The translations under genes were made by a program, and so were the position numbers. This document shows, piece after piece, positions 55,060-64,000 of a stretch of 64,000 bases of DNA. Origin of the DNA: Wickerhamiella versatilis (Eukaryota); contig JAQOWU010000008.1 in assembly GCA_030867685.1 (NCBI GenBank), positions 1,612,001 to 1,676,000 of the forward strand. The letters are read 5' to 3'. Numbering within the stretch: the first letter of the stretch is position 1; every line of letters starts with the position of its first letter. A model generated the notes under the pieces. That model was not told the origin of the DNA. It made no database searches and saw only the letters and a list, made by a program, of their open reading frames with translations.

Positions 55060-56472
55060 TTAAAGCTGGATACCGCCTTCCTTAGCGGCTGTCTCCGTGT
55101 ATCCATAAATGGTTGTTACGGCCAACAAGATACCGCTGCCGGATCCTAGAGTACCAAGTAGGTCAGAACTCACTGTTAGAAAGCCGATAGCTGCTCCACC
55201 AAGCATTGCCGCGGTAGGAATAATTCTTTTAAGCTCACGATAGACACTGGTATCACGAGAACCCTGAATAGTTAGGCCCTGATCGCGGAACTGGCGCGCA
55301 ACCTCGCGGGGACCGGTCCCGGAGATCTCCACCCATGTCTTCGAGAACAAGGCACATCCGCCAAGAACAAATGCGACGTATGTAAACGCCTTGAACGGAT
55401 CGCGAATGAGCTCATGCCACGATTCTGGCATTTGAATGTAATAAGCGACACCGCTAACTGCCACCAGCTGGCCTGTGCCCAATTTGCTAGCTTCCCACAC
55501 TCCCAACAGCTTGGTGAAGATGGAATCTGGGAATCTCGTGAACACCATCTGGGAAATAAGGAAAATGTTCGACGCAAGAGCACCCTGAAGCATGATCGGC
55601 ATGTTTGACGTGTAGAACAGACGAATAGGGAACGAGCCAACAGATCCGCGGGCCTTAGTGCTCTGCACCGGGAGATCTATTTTGAGGGCCTGGGCATAGA
55701 GAACCACGAAGAACAGCCCCAGGGTCACCACGACCTGGCTCATGTTGGGCTGCGTTTGACGCGTGAACGCCTCGACCAACGCGTGCTTTTTATCGCGACG
55801 GGTCGCCAGCAGATGGACCAGGGCCACAACTGCTCCCTCGAACTCGTAACCACGACTGCCACTGATGGTATTGGGACTGAAACTCTTCCAGAGCACCTGC
55901 TCGCAGGTGTTGGTTGCAACAAACAACGAAGTACCAGACCCGAGACCGTAACCCTTCTGCAAGAGCTCATCTAGCAAAATGACAATCAAGGCGGCAAAGA
56001 CAAGCTGGACCACCAGGAGCAGGCATACACCGGTTCCCAACGAGGACGGTACGCCGTACATACCCGTGAGGACATACACAGTGGCCTGGCCAAAACTGAG
56101 GATGACTGCAAGAAGCTTCTGAGCCGCCTGGAGCAGTTCGCGGTCCGAGCGATCCTCGGGGTTTATTTCAACGATACCAGTGCCCATCAAGAGCTGAAAA
56201 ACCATACCGGAAGATACAATAGGCGTGATACCAAGCTCCATGAGCGTACCCCTGTTGGATGCCAGCATCATCCGGAGCCACATCAGAGGATCACTGGTGT
56301 TCGAACTCACAATTCCGTACAGAGGGATTTCAGACATCACAAGAAACATCAGAAGAACCACAACAGTCCATAAAACCCTCTGATTAAATGCTATTTTACG
56401 CTGAGGCCCTATTACCTCTGGGAGGTATGGTACAAAAGGCCTGACCAAGTCCAACACTCGGAAGCCTGCCAT
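55060..56472 (-). CDS. SEC61: Translocon alpha subunit
   Basis: [52 protein letters not shown]. Confidence 0.95.
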   Translation of the reverse strand: MAGFRVLDLVRPFVPYLPEVIGPQRKIAFNQRVLWTVVVLLMFLVMSEIPLYGIVSSNTSDPLMWLRMMLASNRGTLMELGITPIVSSGMVFQLLMGTGIVEINPEDRSDRELLQAAQKLLAVILSFGQATVYVLTGMYGVPSSLGTGVCLLLVVQLVFAALIVILLDELLQKGYGLGSGTSLFVATNTCEQVLWKSFSPNTISGSRGYEFEGAVVALVHLLATRRDKKHALVEAFTRQTQPNMSQVVVTLGLFFVVLYAQALKIDLPVQSTKARGSVGSFPIRLFYTSNMPIMLQGALASNIFLISQMVFTRFPDSIFTKLLGVWEASKLGTGQLVAVSGVAYYIQMPESWHELIRDPFKAFTYVAFVLGGCALFSKTWVEISGTGPREVARQFRDQGLTIQGSRDTSVYRELKRIIPTAAMLGGAAIGFLTVSSDLLGTLGSGSGILLAVTTIYGYTETAAKEGGIQL

Positions 56473-56477
56473 CTACT

Positions 56478-56525
56478 CTGGAGTTAGAAGGAGACACGTC
56501 TTTGGTAAATGTCAGCAGCCCTTAC
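56478..56525 (-). other. Probable 5'-UTR intron of SEC61
   Basis: Minus strand GTAAGG ... TTCTAAC-TCCAG (alternative TAG acceptor directly before the ATG). Confidence 0.55.
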
Positions 56526-57027
56526 CCGGGGTCTTTTCTCGAGCCAAGTTACATTATGCGTTATAGTAATGCAGCCTGCGGTGCACATTTACAGCTTGGG
56601 AGCACTATTTACTTAGATATTCACCCAAAGACTTTCTAGCATGGCCTCGTCGCTCGCCTGAAAACCAGCTTGCCTTGAGACAGGGGACGTGGATGACCGT
56701 TGGTGGAACCTACGCGGCCACACTGGTCACGAAAAGAAAAATATTTCAAAAATATTTCCATGGCAATAATTCTCCTACTCGGAATGCTAAAACATGAAAA
56801 AAATAATGATCAACGTTGCGTGAGGCCGATCACCTAAAATATTTCCTGGCCTTCAAAGCATTTTGAAGCGATTCATCAGAGGTGTACAAGGATACAGTTT
56901 ATCAAGAATAGCATGGAGTCACCAATATTGGATCTTTATGTATGCTAAGAATTTGAGTTTCCTGCGGTGACAAAAAGCATTAGGTTTGGAATGAGTATTT
57001 CATCATTCCGATTTCACCAACCTTACT

Positions 57028-57109
57028 GCGGGTTTAACTCAGTGGTTAGAGTGTGAGATTGCAATTTGTAATCATCTCGAGGTCCCGAGTTCAAATCTCG
57101 GAGCCCGCT
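57028..57109 (+). tRNA. tRNA-Cys(GCA) with a 9-nt intron (57065-57073)
   Basis: GCGGGTT/AGCCCGC acceptor stem, TGAGA-TTGCAA[intron]A-TCTCG, GTTCAAAT, U73 discriminator, oligo-T terminator. Confidence 0.93.
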
Positions 57110-57468
57110 TAATATTTTTCTGGTTGAAACCTACAACTGCGTGATTTTTTTTTGGTTTTTTAGCCTATTGTTTGCTCTGATTTATTGTACTTAATTATAT
57201 GTTAGTTATCACGTATTTTTCTGTAACTTCTATGACCATCACCACTCTAAGCTTTCACCAGGCATGACTAGATACCTAATCGGACGAGGTAAAACGACCG
57301 CAAATAGTCTACTATATATTTTATGGATAAAAGTCATAATTTATTCGCAATACCACAGGGAAAATAAATTCTTAAAGGAGAGGTGTAGCTGCAGGTAGCA
57401 CACAGGTTTCAGTCGCGACTCACGCTGACATAAGTTCCTTTGAACGTCAACGTATCCAACCTACTGAA

Positions 57469-57849
57469 ATGTCGTGGCAAGCATACGTAGACAACCTCCT
57501 TGGTTCCGGGAAGATTGATCGTGCTGCTCTGTACTCTCGGGCAGGCGACAGCCTGTGGGCTGCGAGCTCTGGATTTGCTCCCTCTGGCGACGAAATTATT
57601 AGGGTCGCCCGGGGATTTGACGATCCCGCAGGATTGCAGGAGCACGGCTTGCGTATCCAGGGCGAGAAGTACTTCTTGTTGAAGAGCGATGATCGTAGCA
57701 TATACGGCAAGAAGGGTGACGATGGCATTTTGGCCGTGCGCACCAAGCAAGGCCTGCTGCTTGCCCACTACTCTGCCCCTGTTCTTGCTGGCGAAGCAGT
57801 CAAGGTCGTGGAGGACATGGCAGACTATCTTATTAGCGTGAACTATTAG
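57469..57849 (+). CDS. PFY1: Profilin
   Basis: MSWQAYVDNL, GEKYF, RSIYG, ADYLISVNY; no intron in the CDS. Confidence 0.95.
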   Translation: MSWQAYVDNLLGSGKIDRAALYSRAGDSLWAASSGFAPSGDEIIRVARGFDDPAGLQEHGLRIQGEKYFLLKSDDRSIYGKKGDDGILAVRTKQGLLLAHYSAPVLAGEAVKVVEDMADYLISVNY

Positions 57850-57898
57850 TAGCACTATCTATATATCATGTCTTGGTTCTTTCTAATGTGATTATTAC

Positions 57899-58366
57899 TC
57901 AAACAGGAAGTATGTGCACATCAGCGAGTCTGTCGATGGTGGGAGCGACGTTTGGGTTGGTGAGTAGAGGGCCTATAAAAGGAAGTTGCCGCAGGAATGA
58001 TACCACAACCCCTAGGAAGTCTCCAAATAGATTTAGAATGCCAAACATCTCTATACCAAACCCAATGAAGGACCGTCTATAGAGAATAAGAATAGCGCCC
58101 AGGGCAAACAGGATAGAACCTTTTATCTTCCGCGGGCGTGTAAAGAAGGCAATCGTTCTTGGTGCTCCGATAATGAAAATTATGCCCACGATAAACAAAA
58201 TATTGCCAAAGGACAGTAAACGGGCGTCAAATAGCGTTATCACGCCCAGCGTGAGGCAAAACACTCCTGCAGCTATTAATCCAGCTCCAAACTCTTCCTG
58301 TTAGTACTGTTTTGACGAGATGAACTCCATCCAGTTGAACTTACTCTGAATATCTGTCAGCCACAT
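57899..58366 (-). CDS. GOT1: Golgi transport protein Got1; exons 58366-58345 and 58293-57899
   Basis: Spliced product MWLTDIQKFGAG...FDARLLSFGNILF...LPFIGP; GTAAGT donor and TACTAAC branch point. Confidence 0.9.
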
Positions 58367-59067
58367 GATGTGTAGTAAGCCACCGGTTGCGCGACGCGTT
58401 GGACCATGGCACCCATCCATAGCTGTTAATCTTTATAAACCAGAGGTATCTAAAGGGTTTAAAAGGCCTCAGCTCATTTATTCATTAATTAACTGCTATC
58501 AATCATGTACATAAGAGCCAAGCAGGGCGGGAACACAGGCACCATGTACCCTAGAAGCAGCATGCACGTATGCAATTAGCTAGACTGCGACTAGACTACG
58601 CCACATGCCTCTCTACAAGCGGCTCGACCGCATAGCCAGGGTGCATCCTGCGCACAACCAAGCGCGGGCTAAATAAATAGGTCTAATATATAATTTTGAG
58701 GTGGGTGAGGTTGGGGCTCAGCACAACAACCAATCAATAAATATAGCTTCCGGTATCAACGCTTGTGATTGACCTCGAAGCTCGGGCTCGATTCTATTTC
58801 ATTTGAAAATCAATGTCGGCCAGCTTATACCGGTAACTATTATCCAACGCATCACATTCAGTATCAGTTAAAGTGAATGAATACCTTTATGATGGACCGG
58901 TCCTACGACTTCGTATGAAATAGGCACGAGCAAAAACCGAATACTGTGAGTTAACAAGAAAAAGAGGGCGAAATGACCTACTTGTCGAACATCAAACCAC
59001 TGGCAAGAGCAGAAAAAAGTAAAAAGACAAAAGAAATTTACTAGATATCGGGTGGTGCACATAAAGC

Positions 59068-59775
59068 TCAAACAGAGATCTCCTCGTTATTTCCGGACGT
59101 ACCGAAGTAATCAGCCATCTCCGCATCCAGATCAGCTGCAGACTTATCCTGAGGCTTTGGAGCCTTTTTGTTGCTGCGATTCTGGGTACGACGACGAGCT
59201 GCCGCTTTGGCCTTGGGCTGCTGCTGCTGTTGCTTAGCCTTCGGCTTATTGGCATCAGAAGCAGTGCTCCCAGGGGTTTTACTGAGCCTCTGAGCAAGCG
59301 ACTTGACCGGCTCCTCAGGCACCGCAGTATCCACAAGGACGTTCACTTGCATCTTCAGCTTACCGCCATCAATAGGTACTCCGTGGTACCTCTGTAGCGC
59401 TTTAAGTGCAGTTCCCCGCTTACGAAAAGTAACGGTATATGAACCTGTAGACCTCCCGTTGGAAGTGAAGCTTCCCTGGCAGGTGTCGACGCCACCAATA
59501 GTGCTTTGAAACAGTTCCTTCACCTGCTTCTCGTCAACATCTTGGGGCAAATTAGAAACTATAATACGACGTGCGAGACTAACTGGATTTGCCAGAACCG
59601 CATCTGCTGCTTTCGTTACAGCCTTCTTTCCCTTCTCGACCTTCTTGGCCTTAGCAACGCCTGCCGTGCCTTTGGCCTTTTTAGCATTTACTTGGCGGCG
59701 CTTGGTATTGCGCTTGGCATTTGAGTTTGTGCTGATGATATCGTCGAGGCTCTTGTCGAGATTAGCTGCGGACAT
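59068..59775 (-). CDS. YRA1: mRNA export adaptor Yra1/ALYREF (3' end may be spliced differently)
   Basis: N-box LDKSLDDII, RRM (IIVSNLPQDV, GRSTG), C-box DLDAEMADYF; ATG at 59775. Confidence 0.92.
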   Translation of the reverse strand: MSAANLDKSLDDIISTNSNAKRNTKRRQVNAKKAKGTAGVAKAKKVEKGKKAVTKAADAVLANPVSLARRIIVSNLPQDVDEKQVKELFQSTIGGVDTCQGSFTSNGRSTGSYTVTFRKRGTALKALQRYHGVPIDGGKLKMQVNVLVDTAVPEEPVKSLAQRLSKTPGSTASDANKPKAKQQQQQPKAKAAARRRTQNRSNKKAPKPQDKSAADLDAEMADYFGTSGNNEEISV

Positions 59776-59803
59776 GATAAGAATGCGCTTTGACTGAGGG
59801 AAG

Positions 59804-59875
59804 GTAGGTATACCACGGGGGATGTCAGCCACTTTACTCTGCGGATTAGGGTAGATATTCGTGACTAACATCCAG
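59804..59875 (+). other. Probable 5'-UTR intron of AFI1
   Basis: GTAGGT ... GACTAAC-ATCCAG. Confidence 0.5.
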
Positions 59876-59910
59876 ATAAGCGTGCATACAGTATATTGAG
59901 ACAGCTATCC

Positions 59911-61509
59911 ATGCGTCTTCGTTACGTTGTAGCGGCAGAATTTGACCTTAATGCTGGATCAACGGTCAAGATGCACCACCCTAAAGTGGCTGATCCCATC
60001 TTCTTTCGAAACTTCGCAGACCTTTTGATTCCTGATGGGGTACACTCTCGGTCTAACGACTGGACCATGGTTCCCGTTTGGGAAACTCCTGATGGCAAAC
60101 TGGACTACATTCCGCGTGGACCAGGGTATCGGCAGCTTTATGTGTGTAATAGAATCCGCTCAGACTTTGGCGAGCGGCACAAAAGAGGTGCCCGAATTCA
60201 GGCTCTCGCAGTGATCACCCCAGAACCAGCATATGCGGCATTAATGCCCCTGGTCGAAACGGCATCAGAAAAACTTGACGATGATCCATCTGTTGTTCGT
60301 GAGTTGTACATGTCTGTCATGAGGATTGATACGTCTTATCTAGTCCCCGCATATGATTGGTACGAAAAGCGGTTACTGGATACCAATGGCGATCCTCAAG
60401 TACTAAATAATTTCGAAGCCGAGGACTGCCATTACGTGCCGTTGAATGCCACTTTGGATGATACAAGTGTTCATCTGAAGTACCCCACTTTTGCCGATGG
60501 CTTCAATGCGGGCTCATTTTCAATACTGAAGCTAATTAAAATGTGCGCAGCTTCCCAGTGCAGGGGGTATGACCCGGTGACCCTGCCGTTGGGGTCGTCA
60601 ATGCCGACCCTGATAGCTCTGTTTTTGGCCATGCTCTGCGGCAAAAGAATCCTTGTATATGGTGATCAGAACATGACCTGCCAGGAGCTCTGCGAATATG
60701 TTCAAGCCATTGGTTATGTGGGCTCCGTGGCTGGCCTTTTGGATACCAACTCCAAGGTATATTCTTACATTGAACTCTCGCGTGTGGAGGATCTATTAAC
60801 GCTCACAGAGGGTTTCGTGGCCGGAACCACCAATGCAGCATTTCTTCTTCACCCAGAATGGTTTGATTTCGTTTTCGACCTTGAGAAAAAGAAATTTATC
60901 CTCTCCACAAAAGAGTTTATGGTTCCTGATATGAAGCCCACACTGCCTCCTGAAGATCTGAAATTTTTTGATAATTTGAAGCAAGCAGAGAAAACCAACT
61001 CAGAATATAATGTCCGTTCAGTGGTCTCTGACTTTTTCGCGCAGTTCTTGCGTCGCGCTCGTTATAGACGTAAGGAGCTGGCTGGTTGCAATGGTAGTGA
61101 GGACAATGACGCATTTCTATTATGCTATGGATTTGCGGCAAATGCTTGGTCGAGTCTTTCAAGCCAAATTTATTATGACAAGGCTTCAGCCCATGAGGCT
61201 CCAATTTGTGATGCTATGCAGAAATTAGTTTCAGGTCGTGCAGATGCCCCTGAAGTTTTTATGAAACTTTCGGAGGAAATAAAAAGTCCTGACGATGTGG
61301 GTCGTCTTTTACTCATTCCTCATGCGGTATATTTCATAAGTCTTGGTTTATTCCACAGAAGCGCTATGGCTCGCGAGCTGGCAGCAGGTTTAATGCATTA
61401 CATCGGCCACCATCCGTCCGGTGCACACTTTTTGAGGACCCTGCCGCCAGCTCATAGTATTGGCCTGCGTCTGGCAGATAAGTTGAGGAATTCAGACCCA
61501 AATGCATGA
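59911..61509 (+). CDS. AFI1: Afi1/MesA-like DENN-type polarity protein
   Basis: YVVAAEFD..G, LLIPDGVH, KRGARIQALA, GFVAGTTN, ISLGLFH. Confidence 0.75.
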   Translation: MRLRYVVAAEFDLNAGSTVKMHHPKVADPIFFRNFADLLIPDGVHSRSNDWTMVPVWETPDGKLDYIPRGPGYRQLYVCNRIRSDFGERHKRGARIQALAVITPEPAYAALMPLVETASEKLDDDPSVVRELYMSVMRIDTSYLVPAYDWYEKRLLDTNGDPQVLNNFEAEDCHYVPLNATLDDTSVHLKYPTFADGFNAGSFSILKLIKMCAASQCRGYDPVTLPLGSSMPTLIALFLAMLCGKRILVYGDQNMTCQELCEYVQAIGYVGSVAGLLDTNSKVYSYIELSRVEDLLTLTEGFVAGTTNAAFLLHPEWFDFVFDLEKKKFILSTKEFMVPDMKPTLPPEDLKFFDNLKQAEKTNSEYNVRSVVSDFFAQFLRRARYRRKELAGCNGSEDNDAFLLCYGFAANAWSSLSSQIYYDKASAHEAPICDAMQKLVSGRADAPEVFMKLSEEIKSPDDVGRLLLIPHAVYFISLGLFHRSAMARELAAGLMHYIGHHPSGAHFLRTLPPAHSIGLRLADKLRNSDPNA

Positions 61510-61708
61510 TTCGTTGAACAGTTAAATCTGAACCCTCCACCTTCTTTCTGCTCTTTCTTACACAATCTATAATGGGCGGTAGTCTATGTTTTCTTAACTA
61601 ATTAATAAATCTATAGGTTTTTGCGTGTATAGAAGGGGTTTTGTCCCCACATAATCGGTTTTTATCGCAGATTATTATATTCGGGGCAACGGCTAGGTAG
61701 GTGACATA

Positions 61709-62857
61709 ATGCGGTGGACACCGTCCACGGTTCTCATCCTGGGGACGGTCCAGAGACTTGTAATCTTTGGATGGGGGATTTACCAGGATGCGCATATGGT
61801 ACCACGTTTCACAGATGTTGACTACTTGGTATTCACGGATGCTGCCAAGTTCGTGCACGATGGCTCTTCCCCGTATGATAGAGATACGTATCGGTATACA
61901 CCTTTGCTAGCATGGTTCTTGTTGCCGAATGTGTACTGGTTTAATTTTGGGAAGTTGTTGTTTGTTGCTGGAGATTTGGTAGCTGGATATCTCAGTTTGC
62001 AAATATTTAGGCTCCAGGGGATTCCTTCCCGAGAAGCATGCATATATACGTCCTTATGGGTGCTGAATCCTATGGTGTCCGTGATATCTACCAGAGGATC
62101 TTCAGAGGGCTTTCTCGGAGCAATCATCATATTCATGTTGTGGGCCACGTATGCCAAAAGATACTGGCTCGCTGGACTAAGCGCTGGGTTCGCTGTTCAC
62201 TACAAAATTTATCCCATCATTTACATTCCGACCATCATATGGGCCTTGGGTCCCCTCGATATAAAGAACTTTTTGAATAAAAAGCGTATCCAGTTTGCTG
62301 TGGGAGCTCTCGCTTCATTTTCGGTATTGACTGGTGCAATGCTGGCAATATACGGCAATGACTATCTCCAGCATTCCTGGCTCCACCATGTGACTCGGCT
62401 GGATCATCGGCACAATTTTAGCGTATACAGCACGATCCTCTACTATGCATCAGCCAATCCTGATCTAGGATGGCATTTTGAGCGATGGGCCTTTTTACCC
62501 CAGCTATTCTTGAGCGGGGTCGCTCTGCCTCTGGCGTTTGCGCGTCGAGACATTGCCCGCACGATGTTTATCCAGACCCTCACCTTCGTTACTTTTAACA
62601 AGGTCTGTACATCTCAGTACTTCTTGTGGTATTTAGTCCTTCTCCCTTTTGCGGTACCCAAACTGCGAGAAGCTGGGCCGTTAAAATATGCATTTCTTGC
62701 CCTCTGGGTTGCGTCTCAAGCAATGTGGCTCCAGCACGCTTACCAGCTCGAATTCCTAGGAGAGTCGACTTTCTTCCCTCACCTATTTTGGGACACTGTG
62801 GGATTCTTTCTGGTGAATGTTATGGGTATATGCCTTATGATAGAATGGCTAATGTAG
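61709..62857 (+). CDS. GPI14: GPI mannosyltransferase I (PIG-M)
   Basis: FTDVDYLVFTDA, YRYTPLLAW, ISTRGSSE, HYKIYP, RLDHRHNFS, FNKVCTSQYF. Confidence 0.96.
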   Translation: MRWTPSTVLILGTVQRLVIFGWGIYQDAHMVPRFTDVDYLVFTDAAKFVHDGSSPYDRDTYRYTPLLAWFLLPNVYWFNFGKLLFVAGDLVAGYLSLQIFRLQGIPSREACIYTSLWVLNPMVSVISTRGSSEGFLGAIIIFMLWATYAKRYWLAGLSAGFAVHYKIYPIIYIPTIIWALGPLDIKNFLNKKRIQFAVGALASFSVLTGAMLAIYGNDYLQHSWLHHVTRLDHRHNFSVYSTILYYASANPDLGWHFERWAFLPQLFLSGVALPLAFARRDIARTMFIQTLTFVTFNKVCTSQYFLWYLVLLPFAVPKLREAGPLKYAFLALWVASQAMWLQHAYQLEFLGESTFFPHLFWDTVGFFLVNVMGICLMIEWLM

Positions 62858-62906
62858 CAATACGCGACACCCTAGAGTGCACTTGATAGGGATAATAAAG
62901 CTTAAA

Positions 62907-63761
62907 TTAAACTCTATGAGAACCACGTCTCCGCAAGTGCCATTTCCGGATCACAGAGAGCAATTTCAACACTGCTTGGAAAATCTGTTCTTTAAAGAAA
63001 AACAAAAAGGCCATCTGAAGCACACTTTGCGTGACCTTTGCACCAAAGCCACGATATAGGCCCAAAATCCCTTCACCGTTTAATGCACCGCCCTGGTTAT
63101 CTTTTTGCTGGAGTCGGGATTTCAAAGTGATTAAAGGGTATGTTACACAGGTAGCCGCCAGCTTGCCCAGGGCCCCGCAGTAAAATGCATCTGTTGGAGT
63201 AAGATGCCGCGTCCGCTCAATTCGTTGCTTTATTTTCTCCAATATAGTATAGCTTATGACAGGATTCAGCACAAGAAGCATACTTGGTCCTACACCAGCC
63301 ATAAATAGCCGCAGACCACCTTCATTGTAAACTTCCTTAACAACATCCCACGTGGTTCTTTGTGTTCCCGCCTTATGTAGCATCATACGAGTATTCACAA
63401 CCCAAATAGGGTTCGTGAAAAGCGCCGTTCCTGTGCCACTCAAAATACTCGCGCAGAACGCCTGCCGGGAAGTGATCACTGGAGCACCTTCGAGATAAAT
63501 TGCCTTGATACCCTCATAGAAATAATAATAGATAAAATTTGTGAGGGTAATTCCTGTCATTGCAGATTCAATTCCTGCATAAAGGCCCTCAAAGCCCTCC
63601 TTCTTGGTTACTTCGCGTATGGCATCCAAAATCGGCTTGTGCGAGCCGGAGACTTCCGTCTGCGCTCGAGTACTGAGAGTTATCAGTGGGTACGTCACCA
63701 AAGACGACAAGGCACCACCTCCAGCTCCTGAAACTGCGTGAATTAAAGTACCGCTAGCCAT
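62907..63761 (-). CDS. PMP47: Peroxisomal carrier of the mitochondrial carrier family (PMP47/PMP34-like)
   Basis: HAVSGAGGG..TYPLITLSTRAQ, NFIYYYFYE, TNPIWVVNTRM, LVLNP, KVTQSVL. Confidence 0.85.
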   Translation of the reverse strand: MASGTLIHAVSGAGGGALSSLVTYPLITLSTRAQTEVSGSHKPILDAIREVTKKEGFEGLYAGIESAMTGITLTNFIYYYFYEGIKAIYLEGAPVITSRQAFCASILSGTGTALFTNPIWVVNTRMMLHKAGTQRTTWDVVKEVYNEGGLRLFMAGVGPSMLLVLNPVISYTILEKIKQRIERTRHLTPTDAFYCGALGKLAATCVTYPLITLKSRLQQKDNQGGALNGEGILGLYRGFGAKVTQSVLQMAFLFFFKEQIFQAVLKLLSVIRKWHLRRRGSHRV

Positions 63762-63811
63762 GTGGGGTAAAGTGGGGGACGTACTCAGAATTCTGCTTAC
63801 GAAATAGGATC

Positions 63812-64000
63812 ATGACGTCTGAGCAGAACGTGATTCCATCGGGAACAGGACAGGATTACGGGAAAAACGATGATGATGTCCCTCAGCTCTCGTGTGATGA
63901 AGTTGCAGAACTTATTCTCCTCAATAAACCCATTCCCGGAGTCAAAACCATCCCAGACAATCCTCTCGGGTTGGGGCCTGAGCATTCGTCCGAGTCCCAC
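63812..64000 (+). CDS. PEX39: KPWE-domain/Pex39 (YJR012C)-like protein, 3' end outside window; absent from the ORF track
   Basis: My translation: MTSEQNVIPSGTGQDYGKNDDDVPQLSCDEVAELILLNKPIPGVKTIPDNPLGLGPEHSSESH; open to the window end. Confidence 0.7.
   Translation, partial: MTSEQNVIPSGTGQDYGKNDDDVPQLSCDEVAELILLNKPIPGVKTIPDNPLGLGPEHSSESH

Noticed and set aside
63797..64000. Minus-strand 67-aa ORF in the track
   Set aside because: No recognisable motif; it is the antisense shadow of the PEX39-like plus-strand frame

Overview
A very gene-dense stretch of a budding-yeast (Saccharomycotina) chromosome: about 41 protein-coding genes, 2 tRNA genes, few introns and many spacers under 150 bp. CTG encodes conserved Leu (e.g. 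GLIPG in Lys12), which points to the standard code. The short-chain reductase closely resembles the Candida (Starmerella) magnoliae carbonyl reductase S1/mannitol dehydrogenase as I remember it, which suggests the Wickerhamiella/Starmerella clade (inference). Most genes are core housekeeping genes: SNZ/SNO, LYS12, GAS/FKS, ribosome biogenesis, splicing, SEC61, ERG4, HAPX and others. I saw no transposon, no clearly bacterial gene and no novel multi-gene system. The best leads are: a mannitol-dehydrogenase-like SDR that has gained a mitochondrial-type presequence; a PEX39-like gene missed by the ORF track, 50 bp head-to-head with PMP47; a probable terminal YRA1 intron; convergent SNZ/SNO; a Gly-rich DDR48; a recurrent AGTCAT motif abutting start codons; extreme gene packing; and two candidate structured ncRNAs. 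All gene names come from recalled family motifs, not database searches.
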